Source: Eledone cirrhosa (Eukaryota). From it: 64,000 bases of DNA. How positions within the stretch are numbered: the first letter of the stretch is position 1; every line of letters starts with the position of its first letter. Below are positions 1-13,291 of this stretch, piece by piece. Position numbers and translations under genes: made by a program. The notes under the pieces are model-generated. The model was not told the DNA's origin. It was given only the letters and a program-made list of their open reading frames with translations, and ran no database searches. Location of the stretch: assembly GCA_964016885.1 (NCBI GenBank), contig OZ024742.1, positions 25,110,001 through 25,174,000 of the forward strand. The letters run 5' to 3'.

Positions 1-111
1 GCATCTATATATCGGTATATACATACAAACACCACTACACTCTCACACAACTCAGACATACAAAGAAAAAGGTATATACCTATACACATATACATATACA
101 AATAGAGAAAC

Positions 112-176
<65 letters not shown>

Positions 177-376
177 CACATATACACACATACACATACA
201 TACACATACATACATGTACATACACATAGATATATATACACACATACACACATACACACATACATATATAGTCATACACACACATACACCTACACGAACA
301 TACACATACACATATATAAATATATATATACACACACACACACACACATACACACACACACATATATATAAAATAA

Positions 377-411
<35 letters not shown>

Positions 412-985
412 CATATACATACACACATACATAGACATATATGTACATACATACACATACATAGATACATACACACACATACATATATATATACACACAT
501 AGACATATACATACATACACACACAACATACATACACACATATATACTCATACATAGAATTAGATATATATTCATACATACATACGCACTTACATATACT
601 CATATATACAAATACATACGCATCCATATATGCGTATATACATAGAAACACCACTACACCCTCACCCAACTCAGACATACAAAGAAAAAGGCATATACAT
701 ATACATATATACACGCATTAATAGAGATATATATACACATATATATATATATATATATATACACATACACTTATATATATATATACACACACACACATAC
801 AACCATAAATACACATACAAACACCCACATATACATATATATACACATATATATATATATACACACACATAAAAAAATAGACATGCACATATATATTTTT
901 TTACACATATATATACACACACATATACATATACACACCCTCACATATACACACATACACATAAGTTATATTATAATAATAAATA

Positions 986-1040
<55 letters not shown>

Positions 1041-1291
1041 CGAATATAGACATATATACACACATAGATATATACATATATATATACACATACACATACA
1101 CACACACATATACACACTCACATATATATGTGTGTGCACACACACATATATACACATACACACATATACACATAAACACATATATGTGTATACATGCACA
1201 CACACACACATATATCCACATAGATACGAAGATAGACATATAAATAGAGAGACATACATATATATACACACACACATATACATACATACAT

Positions 1292-1356
<65 letters not shown>

Positions 1357-2103
1357 CACACATACACATACACATATATATACACATGCATATATACACA
1401 TATACACATACATACACACATATATATACACACACAATCTTACATTCTTATTTGCATGCGCATATATGTATTTTTATATTCAGATATAAATACCCAAACA
1501 TATATACACCTACCTACATATATATTCATACATACACGCTTACAAACACAGATGATAATAGTATGGGGGAAAGGGGGGGGGGGGGGTGGAGAAGGGGATT
1601 ATAGTAAATATATGTTTCAAGAAACATAGAATATTATCCGTATCTGGATCCAATGTATGTTTTTACATAGTTTCAGTGTTAGGAAATACAATAAACAAGA
1701 AATAAGGCAAAATTTATGCATTTCAAAATAAATAAGTATACCATTAATTATATGTTAACTAAACTAAAGATAGTTAACATATTGATTTCTAAGGTGTAAA
1801 TTAGTTAGGTTTATAATATTTGAAGCAGAATTTTGAAGTTAAATAGTAGTAGAGTATTAATTATAGTATAACTAAATTAAAGTTAATAACGTTATGGTAT
1901 CAATATTAGGAAATGAATTTAGTAATAGGGAAAAAACAAATAAAGTATTACATCGGTAGTAGAATATAAATTATAGGTTAACTAAATTAAAAATTATATA
2001 TTTATTTCTATAGTATATGTTAATTAGGTATATAATAAATAAAACAGATATTGTATTTTATCAATAGCAGAATATAATTATATGCAAATAGAAATCAAAA
2101 TTA

Positions 2104-2134
<31 letters not shown>

Positions 2135-2682
2135 CACATATATATATACATATATATACATATATATATACATATATACACATATACACACACATACACA
2201 TACACATACACATATACATATACATATTTTTTCAAAAATTGCAAAGAATATATTAACTAGGTATATATCCAAAACACATCCCATTCTATGATTACATGAC
2301 ATTCTGCAATTCGTCTGTATAAGGATACTAATTTTAAGCCAATTAAATTAAATTTTTAGGTTGACTAAAATTAAAACCAAATTATAAATATATTTCTAAA
2401 ATGTATATTAATTAGGTCTATAATACTAAAAATTATTTCTCTGTCATTGGATACACGATATTTTGTTATATTTTATCTGTAAAAGAATTATAATAAAAGG
2501 TTTAAATAAATTAAAATTAATCTATAAATTAAATTACTAAGTATATATTAGTAATATTTAAAGGTTTTTCACAATTTATGATTACATAATATTTTATATT
2601 CTCATCTGTAATAGAATTTTAATTAAATTAAATTTATAGGTTAACTAACATTTAAATTAAATTAATTTCTAAAATAATGTTA

Positions 2683-3755
2683 TTAATTAGGTTTATAATA
2701 TTTAAATGTTTTTTTTAGTTTATGATTACACGATATAATTAATTCCTGTCGTTTATTTAATAGGATATCCTTAGATTTCATTATTTCAAATAGTTCTTGG
2801 GAACATAATCTACATTCATTTCTATTATTTTGATAAGGGGTGGCTCTTTTGAGCACACTCCAGGTCAAATCATATTCTATATTCTTATTTTTATAACTAT
2901 TGATTTTTTCTGCTAGAGATGTTGTATTAGCCAGTGCGGCATTTTTAAAACTATGCTTGTGGGTATTAAACCTTGTCTTAAAATTGTTAGAGGTAGCTCC
3001 TATATATGAGCAAATAGAATCTTTAGTTTTAACATTACATTTATAGACTATGTTGTTAACAAGACAATTCCCTTTTAATGGGCAGTTTGCTTTGTTTCTA
3101 CAGTTACAACCTTTCGTTAATTCTGTATTTGAGGAGATATTATGGTTAATTTGATGTACTGGTGGTATACTTATGGTTTTCTTACATTTATATGCATTAT
3201 AGGCACTTATATTTTGTTTTATGTTATTTGTTGTAGAGTATGAGAATTTAACTGTAGACCTATTTAAGATTTGATGGTATTTGTGGTTTGGCGGGAAGTT
3301 TTTCTCTAGGATATAAAAAAATTTTTTAGCAATATTATCCTTAATTTGTAAATTAAATGGAGCATTATACCAAGTAACCCGTCTATTACGGTTTCTATGT
3401 TGTTTATTATTTTTATTATTTTTATAGGTTGTATCGTGATTTTTACTAGGAGGATTAATGTTAATGATCTCACCACAACCATTTTTAGTTATATTTGTAG
3501 ATTTAGGTGTTTTATCCTTTTTATTAGGAGTTTTATTATTAATATTTATTAGAGTTGTATGATGAGTAGTTTTTTGAGAGTTACTATACTTTATATTAGA
3601 AGATTTGGTATTTTGGGGTATAGTGTGGGTGGCATTTAGGTGTGTACTTTTCATTTGGTGTTTGTTGGTAATATTAGGTTGTATGCTTTCAGTATTTTTA
3701 GTAGAAGGTATATATTCTAATCTATTTTTGTGGCCACTTCTATCTAGAGCTTCGT
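2683..3755 (-). pseudogene. Inverted partial copy of the PLE ORF (end of thumb, linker, GIY-YIG endonuclease)
   Basis: The 323-aa ORF 2683..3654 is identical to the C-terminus of 3846..5348. Reverse-complement identity extends to 3755. Confidence 0.92.
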
Positions 3756-3845
3756 AATATTATTACACATGCTAGACTAACACTTATTGAATTTCAGAAT
3801 GAATACTGGACCAGAAACACATATAGTAATCTATTTGATATTACT

Positions 3846-5348
3846 ATGGGTTCAAGCGATTCCGCCCAAATTACTGATCTTGTGGGCCTCTTTCTCCTTT
3901 TCAACATAAATGCCTCCTTTCCCCACCTCAAAGGTGGTTTATATCGTGATGACTGTCTTCTTCTTTCTAACAACCTTAGCCTTTCAGAAATTGAAAAAAA
4001 CAAAAAACATATTAGAACTTTCCTTAAAGACTATTATAATCTTAATATTACTTTTGAAAAAACAAGTAAAGTAGTAAATTTCCTAGATATAACTTTAGAT
4101 TTAACTACGGGTATCTACCAACCTTACCATAAACCAAACCAAAACTTACATTACATACACTCACAATCTAATCACCCTAAATCTATCCTTAAAAACCTTG
4201 CATATAATATATCACTTAGAATTTCTAACCTTTCTTCTAACCAAGATGTATTTGATAAAAATGCGACCTTCTATAACGAAGCTCTAGATAGAAGTGGCCA
4301 CAAAAATAGATTAGAATATATACCTTCTACTAAAAATACTGAAAGCATACAACCTAATATTACCAACAAACACCAAATGAAAAGTACACACCTAAATGCC
4401 ACCCACACTATACCCCAAAATACCAAATCTTCTAATATAAAGTATAGTAACTCTCAAAAAACTACTCATCATACAACTCTAATAAATATTAATAATAAAA
4501 CTCCTAATAAAAAGGATAAAACACCTAAATCTACAAATATAACTAAAAATGGTTGTGGTGAGATCATTAACATTAATCCTCCTAGTAAAAATCACGATAC
4601 AACCTATAAAAATAATAAAAATAATAAACAACATAGAAACCGTAATAGACGGGTTACTTGGTATAATGCTCCATTTAATTTACAAATTAAGGATAATATT
4701 GCTAAAAAATTTTTTTATATCCTAGAGAAAAACTTCCCGCCAAACCACAAATACCATCAAATCTTAAATAGGTCTACAGTTAAATTCTCATACTCTACAA
4801 CAAATAACATAAAACAAAATATAAGTGCCTATAATGCATATAAATGTAAGAAAACCATAAGTATACCACCAGTACATCAAATTAACCATAATATCTCCTC
4901 AAATACAGAATTAACGAAAGGTTGTAACTGTAGAAACAAAGCAAACTGCCCATTAAAAGGGAATTGTCTTGTTAACAACATAGTCTATAAATGTAATGTT
5001 AAAACTAAAGATTCTATTTGCTCATATATAGGAGCTACCTCTAACAATTTTAAGACAAGGTTTAATACCCACAAGCATAGTTTTAAAAATGCCGCACTGG
5101 CTAATACAACATCTCTAGCAGAAAAAATCAATAGTTATAAAAATAAGAATATAGAATATGATTTGACCTGGAGTGTGCTCAAAAGAGCCACCCCTTATCA
5201 AAATAATAGAAATGAATGTAGATTATGTTCCCAAGAACTATTTGAAATAATGAAATCTAAGGATATCCTATTAAATAAACGACAGGAATTAATTATATCG
5301 TGTAATCATAAACTAAAAAAAACATTTAAATATTATAAACCTAATTAA
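3846..5348 (+). CDS. PLE reverse transcriptase (C-terminal half) - thumb - Cys linker - GIY-YIG endonuclease; N-terminally truncated
   Basis: Motifs: FDITMGSSDSAQITDLVGLFLL, GLYRDD, VNFLDITLDL, YIHSQSNHP, CNCRNKANCPLKGNC linker, NIVY...YIG...FKTRFNTH, CRLCSQE, LLNKR. The Met at 3846 is internal; the frame continues upstream to 3756 (NIITHARLTLIEF...YWTR). Confidence 0.93.
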   Translation: MGSSDSAQITDLVGLFLLFNINASFPHLKGGLYRDDCLLLSNNLSLSEIEKNKKHIRTFLKDYYNLNITFEKTSKVVNFLDITLDLTTGIYQPYHKPNQNLHYIHSQSNHPKSILKNLAYNISLRISNLSSNQDVFDKNATFYNEALDRSGHKNRLEYIPSTKNTESIQPNITNKHQMKSTHLNATHTIPQNTKSSNIKYSNSQKTTHHTTLININNKTPNKKDKTPKSTNITKNGCGEIININPPSKNHDTTYKNNKNNKQHRNRNRRVTWYNAPFNLQIKDNIAKKFFYILEKNFPPNHKYHQILNRSTVKFSYSTTNNIKQNISAYNAYKCKKTISIPPVHQINHNISSNTELTKGCNCRNKANCPLKGNCLVNNIVYKCNVKTKDSICSYIGATSNNFKTRFNTHKHSFKNAALANTTSLAEKINSYKNKNIEYDLTWSVLKRATPYQNNRNECRLCSQELFEIMKSKDILLNKRQELIISCNHKLKKTFKYYKPN

Positions 5349-6664
5349 TAACATTATTTTAGAAATTAATTTAATTTAAATGTTAGTTAACCTATAAATT
5401 TAATTTAATTAAAATTCTATTACAGATGAGAATATAAAATATTATGTAATCATAAATTGTGAAAAACCTTTAAATATTACTAATATATACTTAGTAATTT
5501 AATTTATAGATTAATTTTAATTTATTTAAACCTTTTATTATAATTCTTTTACAGATAAAATATAACAAAATATCGTGTATCCAATGACAGAGAAATAATT
5601 TTTAGTATTATAGACCTAATTAATATACATTTTAGAAATATATTTATAATTTGGTTTTAATTTTAGTCAACCTAAAAATTTAATTTAATTGGCTTAAAAT
5701 TAGTATCCTTATACAGACGAATTGCAGAATGTCATGTAATCATAGAATGGGATGTGTTTTGGATATATACCTAGTTAATATATTCTTTGCAATTTTTGAA
5801 AAAATATGTATATGTATATGTGTATGTGTATGTGTATGTGTGTGTATATGTGTATATATGTATATATATATGTATATATATGTATATATATATGTGTATG
5901 TATATGTATATGTATATGTATTAATTTTGATTTCTATTTGCATATAATTATATTCTGCTATTGATAAAATACAATATCTGTTTTATTTATTATATACCTA
6001 ATTAACATATACTATAGAAATAAATATATAATTTTTAATTTAGTTAACCTATAATTTATATTCTACTACCGATGTAATACTTTATTTGTTTTTTCCCTAT
6101 TACTAAATTCATTTCCTAATATTGATACCATAACGTTATTAACTTTAATTTAGTTATACTATAATTAATACTCTACTACTATTTAACTTCAAAATTCTGC
6201 TTCAAATATTATAAACCTAACTAATTTACACCTTAGAAATCAATATGTTAACTATCTTTAGTTTAGTTAACATATAATTAATGGTATACTTATTTATTTT
6301 GAAATGCATAAATTTTGCCTTATTTCTTGTTTATTGTATTTCCTAACACTGAAACTATGTAAAAACATACATTGGATCCAGATACGGATAATATTCTATG
6401 TTTCTTGAAACATATATTTACTATAATCCCCTTCTCCAACCCCCCCCCTTTCCCCCATACTATTATCATCTGTGTTTGTAAGCGTGTATGTATGAATATA
6501 TATGTAGGTAGGTGTATATATGTTTGGGTATTTATATCTGAATATAAAAATACATATATGCGCATGCAAATAAGAATGTAAGATTGTGTGTGTATATATA
6601 TGTGTGTATGTATGTGTATATGTGTATATATGCATGTGTATATATATGTGTATGTGTATGTGTG

Positions 6665-6715
<51 letters not shown>

Positions 6716-6968
6716 ATGTATGTATGTATGTATATGTGTGTGTGTATATATATGTATGTCTCTCTATTTATATGTCTATCTTCGTATCTATGTGGATATA
6801 TGTGTGTGTGTGCATGTATACACATATATGTGTTTATGTGTATATGTGTGTATGTGTATATATGTGTGTGTGCACACACATATATATGTGAGTGTGTATA
6901 TGTGTGTGTGTATGTGTATGTGTATATATATATGTATATATCTATGTGTGTATATATGTCTATATTCG

Positions 6969-7023
<55 letters not shown>

Positions 7024-7601
7024 TATTTATTATTATAATATAACTTATGTGTATGTGTGTATATGTGAGGGTGTGTATATGTATATGTGTGTGTATATAT
7101 ATGTGTAAAAAAATATATATGTGCATGTCTATTTTTTTATGTGTGTGTATATATATATATATGTGTATATATATGTATATGTGGGTGTTTGTATGTGTAT
7201 TTATGGTTGTATGTGTGTGTGTGTATATATATATATAAGTGTATGTGTATATATATATATATATATATATGTGTATATATATCTCTATTAATGCGTGTAT
7301 ATATGTATATGTATATGCCTTTTTCTTTGTATGTCTGAGTTGGGTGAGGGTGTAGTGGTGTTTCTATGTATATACGCATATATGGATGCGTATGTATTTG
7401 TATATATGAGTATATGTAAGTGCGTATGTATGTATGAATATATATCTAATTCTATGTATGAGTATATATGTGTGTATGTATGTTGTGTGTGTATGTATGT
7501 ATATGTCTATGTGTGTATATATATATGTATGTATGTGTGTGTATGTATCTATGTATGTGTATGTATGTACATATATGTCTATGTATGTGTGTATGTATAT
7601 G

Positions 7602-7658
<57 letters not shown>

Positions 7659-7848
7659 TTATTTTATATATATGTGTGTGTGTGTATGTGTGTGTGTGTG
7701 TGTATATATATCTTTATATATGTGTATGTGTATGTTCGTGTAGGTGTATGTGTGTGTATGACTATATATGTATGTGTGTATGTGTGTATATATATCTATG
7801 TGTATGTACATGTATGTATGTGTATGTATGTGTATGTGTGTATATGTG

Positions 7849-7901
<53 letters not shown>

Positions 7902-8205
7902 ATATATATATATATATATATGTATATGTTTCTCTATTTGTATATGTATATGTGTATAGGTATATACCTTTTTCTTTGTATGTCTGAGTTGTGTGAGAGT
8001 GTAGTGGTGTTTGTATGTATATACCGATATATAGATGCGTAAGTATTTGTCTGTATATATGTATGTATGTCTGTATGTATTTGTGTGTATATATAGGTAT
8101 GTATGTGTATATCTGTATGTATATAAGTATGTAAGTGTATGTATATGTGCGTGTATGTGTGTATATATATGTGTGTCTATATAGTATGTGTGATTATATG
8201 TGTAT

Positions 8206-8265
<60 letters not shown>

Positions 8266-8425
8266 GTGTATTTATATGTATGTGTGTATATGTATGTATG
8301 TGTGTATATGTATATGTTTATATATGTGTGTATATGTATGTTCTAAGTGTGGATGTGTGTATATGTATGTATGTGTTTGTATATGTGTATGTATATGTAT
8401 ATGTGTATATATGTGTATGTATATA

Positions 8426-8489
<64 letters not shown>

Positions 8490-9117
8490 CTTGATATATT
8501 TCTTTTTTCTTTTTTCTTTTTCTTTTCTTTCCTTTTTAATGTTTATTTATTATTTATTATTTTTTATTTTCTTAGTTTATAGATACATCTATATTAAGCA
8601 GTCTGCCCAAACCGTTGAATACTGACCTCTCCCCCCCCTCCCACCTAATTTCTGTATCTTGATCTAAATGTGTGTGCCAGTGTTTATGTGAGTGAATTAA
8701 TATCCATGTGCTTAGGATTTTATATCCATATATATATATGTGAGTGGGGGTGTGTGTGTGTTTGTATGTTCGTAGTTATGTGTATGTTTATGCATATACG
8801 CGCGTGTGTGTGTGATTGTACGGATATGTGTGAGTATGAGAATATGTGTATACACTTATTTCATATTTATGTGTCTATACGCATCTTATCTGTGCATTAT
8901 AAACTTACAGAGACATTAACCTTGAAATTTTGTATTTGCATCCATCCTTTTGGTATGCGTATACAAGTTGTGCATACATTTTTGTAAAATATGTGTAAGG
9001 GTAGTTACATGTATATACACACACCGAACTGCATTAAACCTTTTGTATTTTCATTGGTCAATTTTGTTCCCAAACGGACCTGAAATTTTGAATTGTTGTT
9101 ATTATCAATAAATATAT

Positions 9118-9271
9118 TTCATTATTTCTGAAGACGGCGTATATATGTGTTGGTATGTATATTTAATCTTGATAGTTTGTATAATTTTGTATAATTTTGT
9201 ACATAGATCTATTGAATATGCATGCCAATTCTAACACATATATATCCTAGAAACGATCGTTAAATAATGAA
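9118..9271 (+). ncRNA. Type I hammerhead ribozyme with extended stem II
   Basis: Stem I ttcattattt/aaataatgaa (10 bp); CTGAAGA at 9128-9134; long stem II; GAAA at 9250-9253; palindromic stem III cgatcg; predicted cleavage triplet GUU. Confidence 0.8.
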
Positions 9272-9324
9272 CTTTTTTTGTTTAATATAAGGAACTGTTT
9301 CATTGTTTATTCATTATTTGTTTA

Positions 9325-9381
<57 letters not shown>

Positions 9382-9614
9382 TCATTTTATTTGAGTTAAA
9401 TAAAAAAGGATGAATAAATAATTTATTTCTTGTCCAATTCAATAATCTGAATTCAAAATAATCTCGTGAAAATTAAAAATATTTAAAATTAAAATATAGA
9501 GCTAATAACACTATCCACAGTATTCTTTCATATTGCTATATACTTTAAGGGAAGCAATTTATTTGCAATTTCTAGCAAATCATATGAACTCATAGATATA
9601 CCCTTCTTAATAAT

Positions 9615-10402
9615 AATTGTTTCTACTTTTGGCACAAGGCCAGCAATTATCCCAGTGCATTACTGGTACTTTATTTTATCGACCCCGTAAGGATGAAAGG
9701 CAAAGTTAACCTTGGCAGGATATGAACTCAGAAAAGTGACGTAACTCTATGCTGCAAAGAATGGTGTCTGGTTCTCTACCAATACTACCAATCCACCACG
9801 TTTAATAATAATAAAATAATAATAATAATAATATTAATTGCTTCTACTTTTTAGGCACAAGGCCGCAATTTTGGAGGAGGGGAAAGTCAATTAAATCACA
9901 CCAGTGCATGACTGGTACTATTTTATTGCCCCCATAAGGATGAAAAGCAAAGCCAACCTCGGCCTGATTTGAACTTAGAACTAATAATAATAATAATGGT
10001 TTCTGATTTAAGCACAAGGACAACAATTTTGGGGGAGAGGAATTATTTTATGGTATATAGTTATGTCCCTTTATGTTCTGAGTTTAAAATTCTTTGCCTT
10101 TCATCCTTACAGTATCGATAAAATAAAGCACCAGTAATGCACTGGGGTCGATCTAATCAACTTCCCTCTCCCCCGAAATAGTTGGCTTTGTGCCTAAATC
10201 AGAGACCAATAATAATTGTTTCTACTTTTGGCACAAGGCCAGCAATTACCCAGAACATTACTGGTACTTTATTTTATCGACCTCATAAGGATGAAAGGCA
10301 AAGTTAACCTCGACTGTATTTGAACTCAGACCGTAAAGGGACATAACTATGCTTGAAAGCATGGTGTCCGACCCTCTACCAATACTGCCAATTCACCGCC
10401 CT
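9615..10402. mobile_element. Cluster of tRNA-derived SINEs with a Meta-domain-like core (about 4 copies, mixed orientation)
   Basis: Repeated gcctttcatccttacggggtcgataaaataaagtaccag core, B-box gagttcaaatc, (AAT)n tails. Confidence 0.85.
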
Positions 10403-11627
10403 AGAAACCATTACTAATAATTTCTAACATCGATAAATAAGATGTGTTAGTATATAAAATGAAAGTGAATGAAATGTGTTATCTCAGTCTTATCCAAAAT
10501 TCCTTCTATTTTGTGACTCATATTCAGCTGCTTTGCCTTATTCAGCTTATACATTAGTGATTAGTAGCTACTGACTGTAAACAGACTGTTGTGAAAGAGC
10601 AGGGAGCATGTCACCATCAACTATAAATTAAAAAAATCACCAATAATCACCATATTGCAGTTTTGGAGGTCTTATTCACGCCAGTCACCAATTTGGTACT
10701 TTGTCAAAAACTAGGCTTTTTTTTACCCTTGATCACCTCTGAGCAACCAATGTTCAGAGGCATTCAGTCAGGACCTTCCTTTCTATTTAGGACTAACTAA
10801 TACAATACCTAATATGTCATTTCCTTATTTCAGACAAATAGTAGGGTGTAATTTAAGGGGGATATAGTTGCTGTTTCTAGCACACAGTGGTGCCCATCCT
10901 GGGGTTGGTGGATAACCAAATTTGTAGAGGATCCAATAAAAGGAATTGGAAATAATGTTACTCCCAGTGCCAAAATATTGATTATAGACCTTCTCTCAGT
11001 TTCTATGACAGGTATTCAGTTGTTTGATCAATTGAGTCCTCAACTCTTGAAGTGACAAGTAAGTGGCTGAGTATCTGACAGATATGTGTACCCTTAACAT
11101 AATTCCCAAACTAAATCAGCTTTACATAGTAGGTAATAAGGCTAGACTTTGAATTACCAGTACAGACCATCCAATGGGCTTCTAAATAGTTTTCATCTAC
11201 CAAATTTTCTTCACAAGGCTTAGGTCAGGCCAACCTGAAGCTAAAGTAAAGAAACATCCCAGTAAAATGTTTTGTATTTGTTCCAATTGTTTAAAACATT
11301 GATAAATATTTCAGTAGAAACCATTAATGAATATTTAAGTAGTTCATTTTCTCATTGCCTTGTCATAGCTATATCACTGGGTTGTGAGAGTTTTCTTGGA
11401 AGTTACAGGGGCCACCCATTGCTCCATCTCTCCTAGTAGCATACTGCTGTTTGCTTATTTGTTGCAGCAGTTGCCTGTTTATATCTAAACTAGCCATCGT
11501 ATCTGGATGCCATCTCACTATCCACCACCTGTGACCCATTTTCTTGCAGAACAGCTCTGCCTAGATAATCATTTGAAAAAATATCACTGATAAAATGTCA
11601 CAGTCTATTAATAATATATATATATTT

Positions 11628-11948
11628 GAAGGCACATGGCTTAGTGGTTAGAGCATTGGCCTTGCAATCGAAAGGTTGTGAGTTCAATTCTCAGACCGGG
11701 TGATGTGTTGTTTCCTTGAGCAAGACACTTTATTTCACATTGCTCCAGTTTACTCAGCTGTAGAAATGAGATGATAGGGACTGGGGTCCCTATCATTCCA
11801 CTGCAAAGTGGTCGTGTAAAAACCACCCAACACTCACTGTAAATGAGGTTGGTGTTAGGAAGGGCATCCAGCTGTAGAAATAAAGCCAGAATCAGTTCCC
11901 GTCCCACCCTTGCAAGCAGGGAAAAGTGGACGTAAAATGATGATGATG
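11628..11948 (+). mobile_element. tRNA-head CORE-like SINE with RTE-type tail
   Basis: A-box tggcttagtgg, B-box gagttcaattc, core ccttgagcaagacacttt, tail cccgtcccacccttgcaagcagggaaaag...(tga)n. Confidence 0.85.
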
Positions 11949-11982
11949 TTGTTGATATATATATATATATATAGTATATATA

Positions 11983-12290
11983 TCATCATTTTATGTCCGC
12001 TTTTCCCTTTTCCCTGCTTGAAAGGGTGGGACGGGTCCTATTCAGCACACCATATCTCCACTTGTCACGGTCCTTCGTCATCTCCTCCGTGAGCTTCAGC
12101 GATCTGAAGTCTGCTCTCACCACCTCCGCCCATGTTTTTGGTGGTCTTCCTCTACTGCGTCTTCCTTCTACTGGGATTTCTTGGCACTTCTTTATCCAGC
12201 AGTCAACCTCCATGCGCATCACATGTCCATACCATCTCAGTCTTCTCTCCCGCACACCACAACTTATCCCTCTTATACACAGTTTCTCTC
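11983..12290 (-). mobile_element. RTE-clade LINE 3' fragment
   Basis: ORF 11986..12255: RRLRWYGHVMRM...VEGRRSRGRPPKTW...DRDKWR, the typical RTE C-terminus, followed by a (tga)n tail. Confidence 0.9.
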
Positions 12291-12299
12291 TCTATATAT

Positions 12300-12614
12300 A
12301 TATTTGTGTAATATTAAATGTGGGTGCGATGAAATATGCCCATACTACACCGCTTAAAAGAGTTTGTGATAAGAAGGGCATCCAGCTGTAGAAACAATGA
12401 CATACAAAATTTAAGAAAACTTTTCAGTTATTTCATGTTCTTGATAATTTAGTGAAACAATAAAATTTATCAAGCACATGAAATAACTGAAAAGTTTTCT
12501 TAAATTTTGTATGTCATAGTTTCTGCAGCTGGATACCCTTCTTATCACAAACACCTTTAAGCGGTGTAGTATGGGCATATTTCATGGCACCCACATTTAA
12601 TATTACACAAATAT
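12300..12614. repeat. Fold-back inverted repeat, ~148-bp arms, ~19-bp loop
   Basis: 12300-12447 is the reverse complement of 12467-12614 with about 7 mismatches. Confidence 0.95.
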
Positions 12615-13291
12615 CCTGTAAAGTGGTTAGTAATAGGAAGCGCATCCAGTCATACAAAACATGGGACACTTCACTTGTGCCAGTGCAATAAATACTTCCC
12701 TGGTGCTGGTGCACAAGAAAATGAACCAGGTGTACAATAAAATGGTCCTGCTGCAATCTATAGATCAGCTGCTTCAATGGACTTCTGTCAAAACCTCTCT
12801 AACATAGAAAGGTAACATTAAATGTTGATGAAGAAAATAATGATGTCGGTGATGCTGATGGTGATAAATGCATTGCAAATATTTATAAGTTTATCTTTCA
12901 TGATTGGAAAAAATTCCCCAAATGTTTTATCTATATTTTAGTTAAATCTAAAAGAATCCTTATTTCCAAGAAGAATGAATAAATAAAATATTTCTTGGCC
13001 AATTGTAATAATCTGAACTGAAAATCATCCAGTGGGAGTTAATATATATTTCAGATAAAGATAGTGTTATATTGAAGTAGATACCATTGTTGAAGGGAAT
13101 AACAAACTTACAGACAAAAGTAAATGTAATAATCTTTCTGCTTATATGTCCTTCTGTCTGAGTAAAACAATTATTTCCATAAGCTTTGCCTAAAGATGTG
13201 TTGAGTTACAGTCACATATAGGCAAAAAACAAGCTACTAATATATATATATATACATGTGTGTATATATATATATATATAGATATAGATAT

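Larger units (their letters stand above)
1..8038. repeat. Giant inverted repeat: arm 1-3755, spacer 3756-4275 (520 bp), arm 4276-8038
   Basis: Position 1 (gcatctatatatcgg) pairs with 8038 and 3755 pairs with 4276. Arms differ mainly in microsatellite and poly-G/C tract lengths. The left arm probably continues beyond the window. Confidence 0.97.
3756..9330 (+). mobile_element. Penelope-like retroelement, 5'-truncated: RT + GIY-YIG ORF, long microsatellite-rich 3' UTR, terminal hammerhead
   Basis: Reading frame is open from 3756 to the stop at 5348 and carries PLE RT/EN motifs. A hammerhead lies at 9118-9271 and the sequence runs into (TA)n at ~9331. The 3' boundary is inferred from HHR position. 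Confidence 0.8.

Noticed and set aside
52-8625. Dozens of Y/I/C/V/H/T-rich ORFs (also at 43600-47300, 51100-54300, 58000-58440)
   Set aside because: Translations of (TA)n/(CA)n/(TG)n microsatellites, open in several frames on both strands.
11628-11700. tRNA gene (and similar A/B-box heads elsewhere)
   Set aside because: These are SINE heads followed by core and tail, without a complete cloverleaf.
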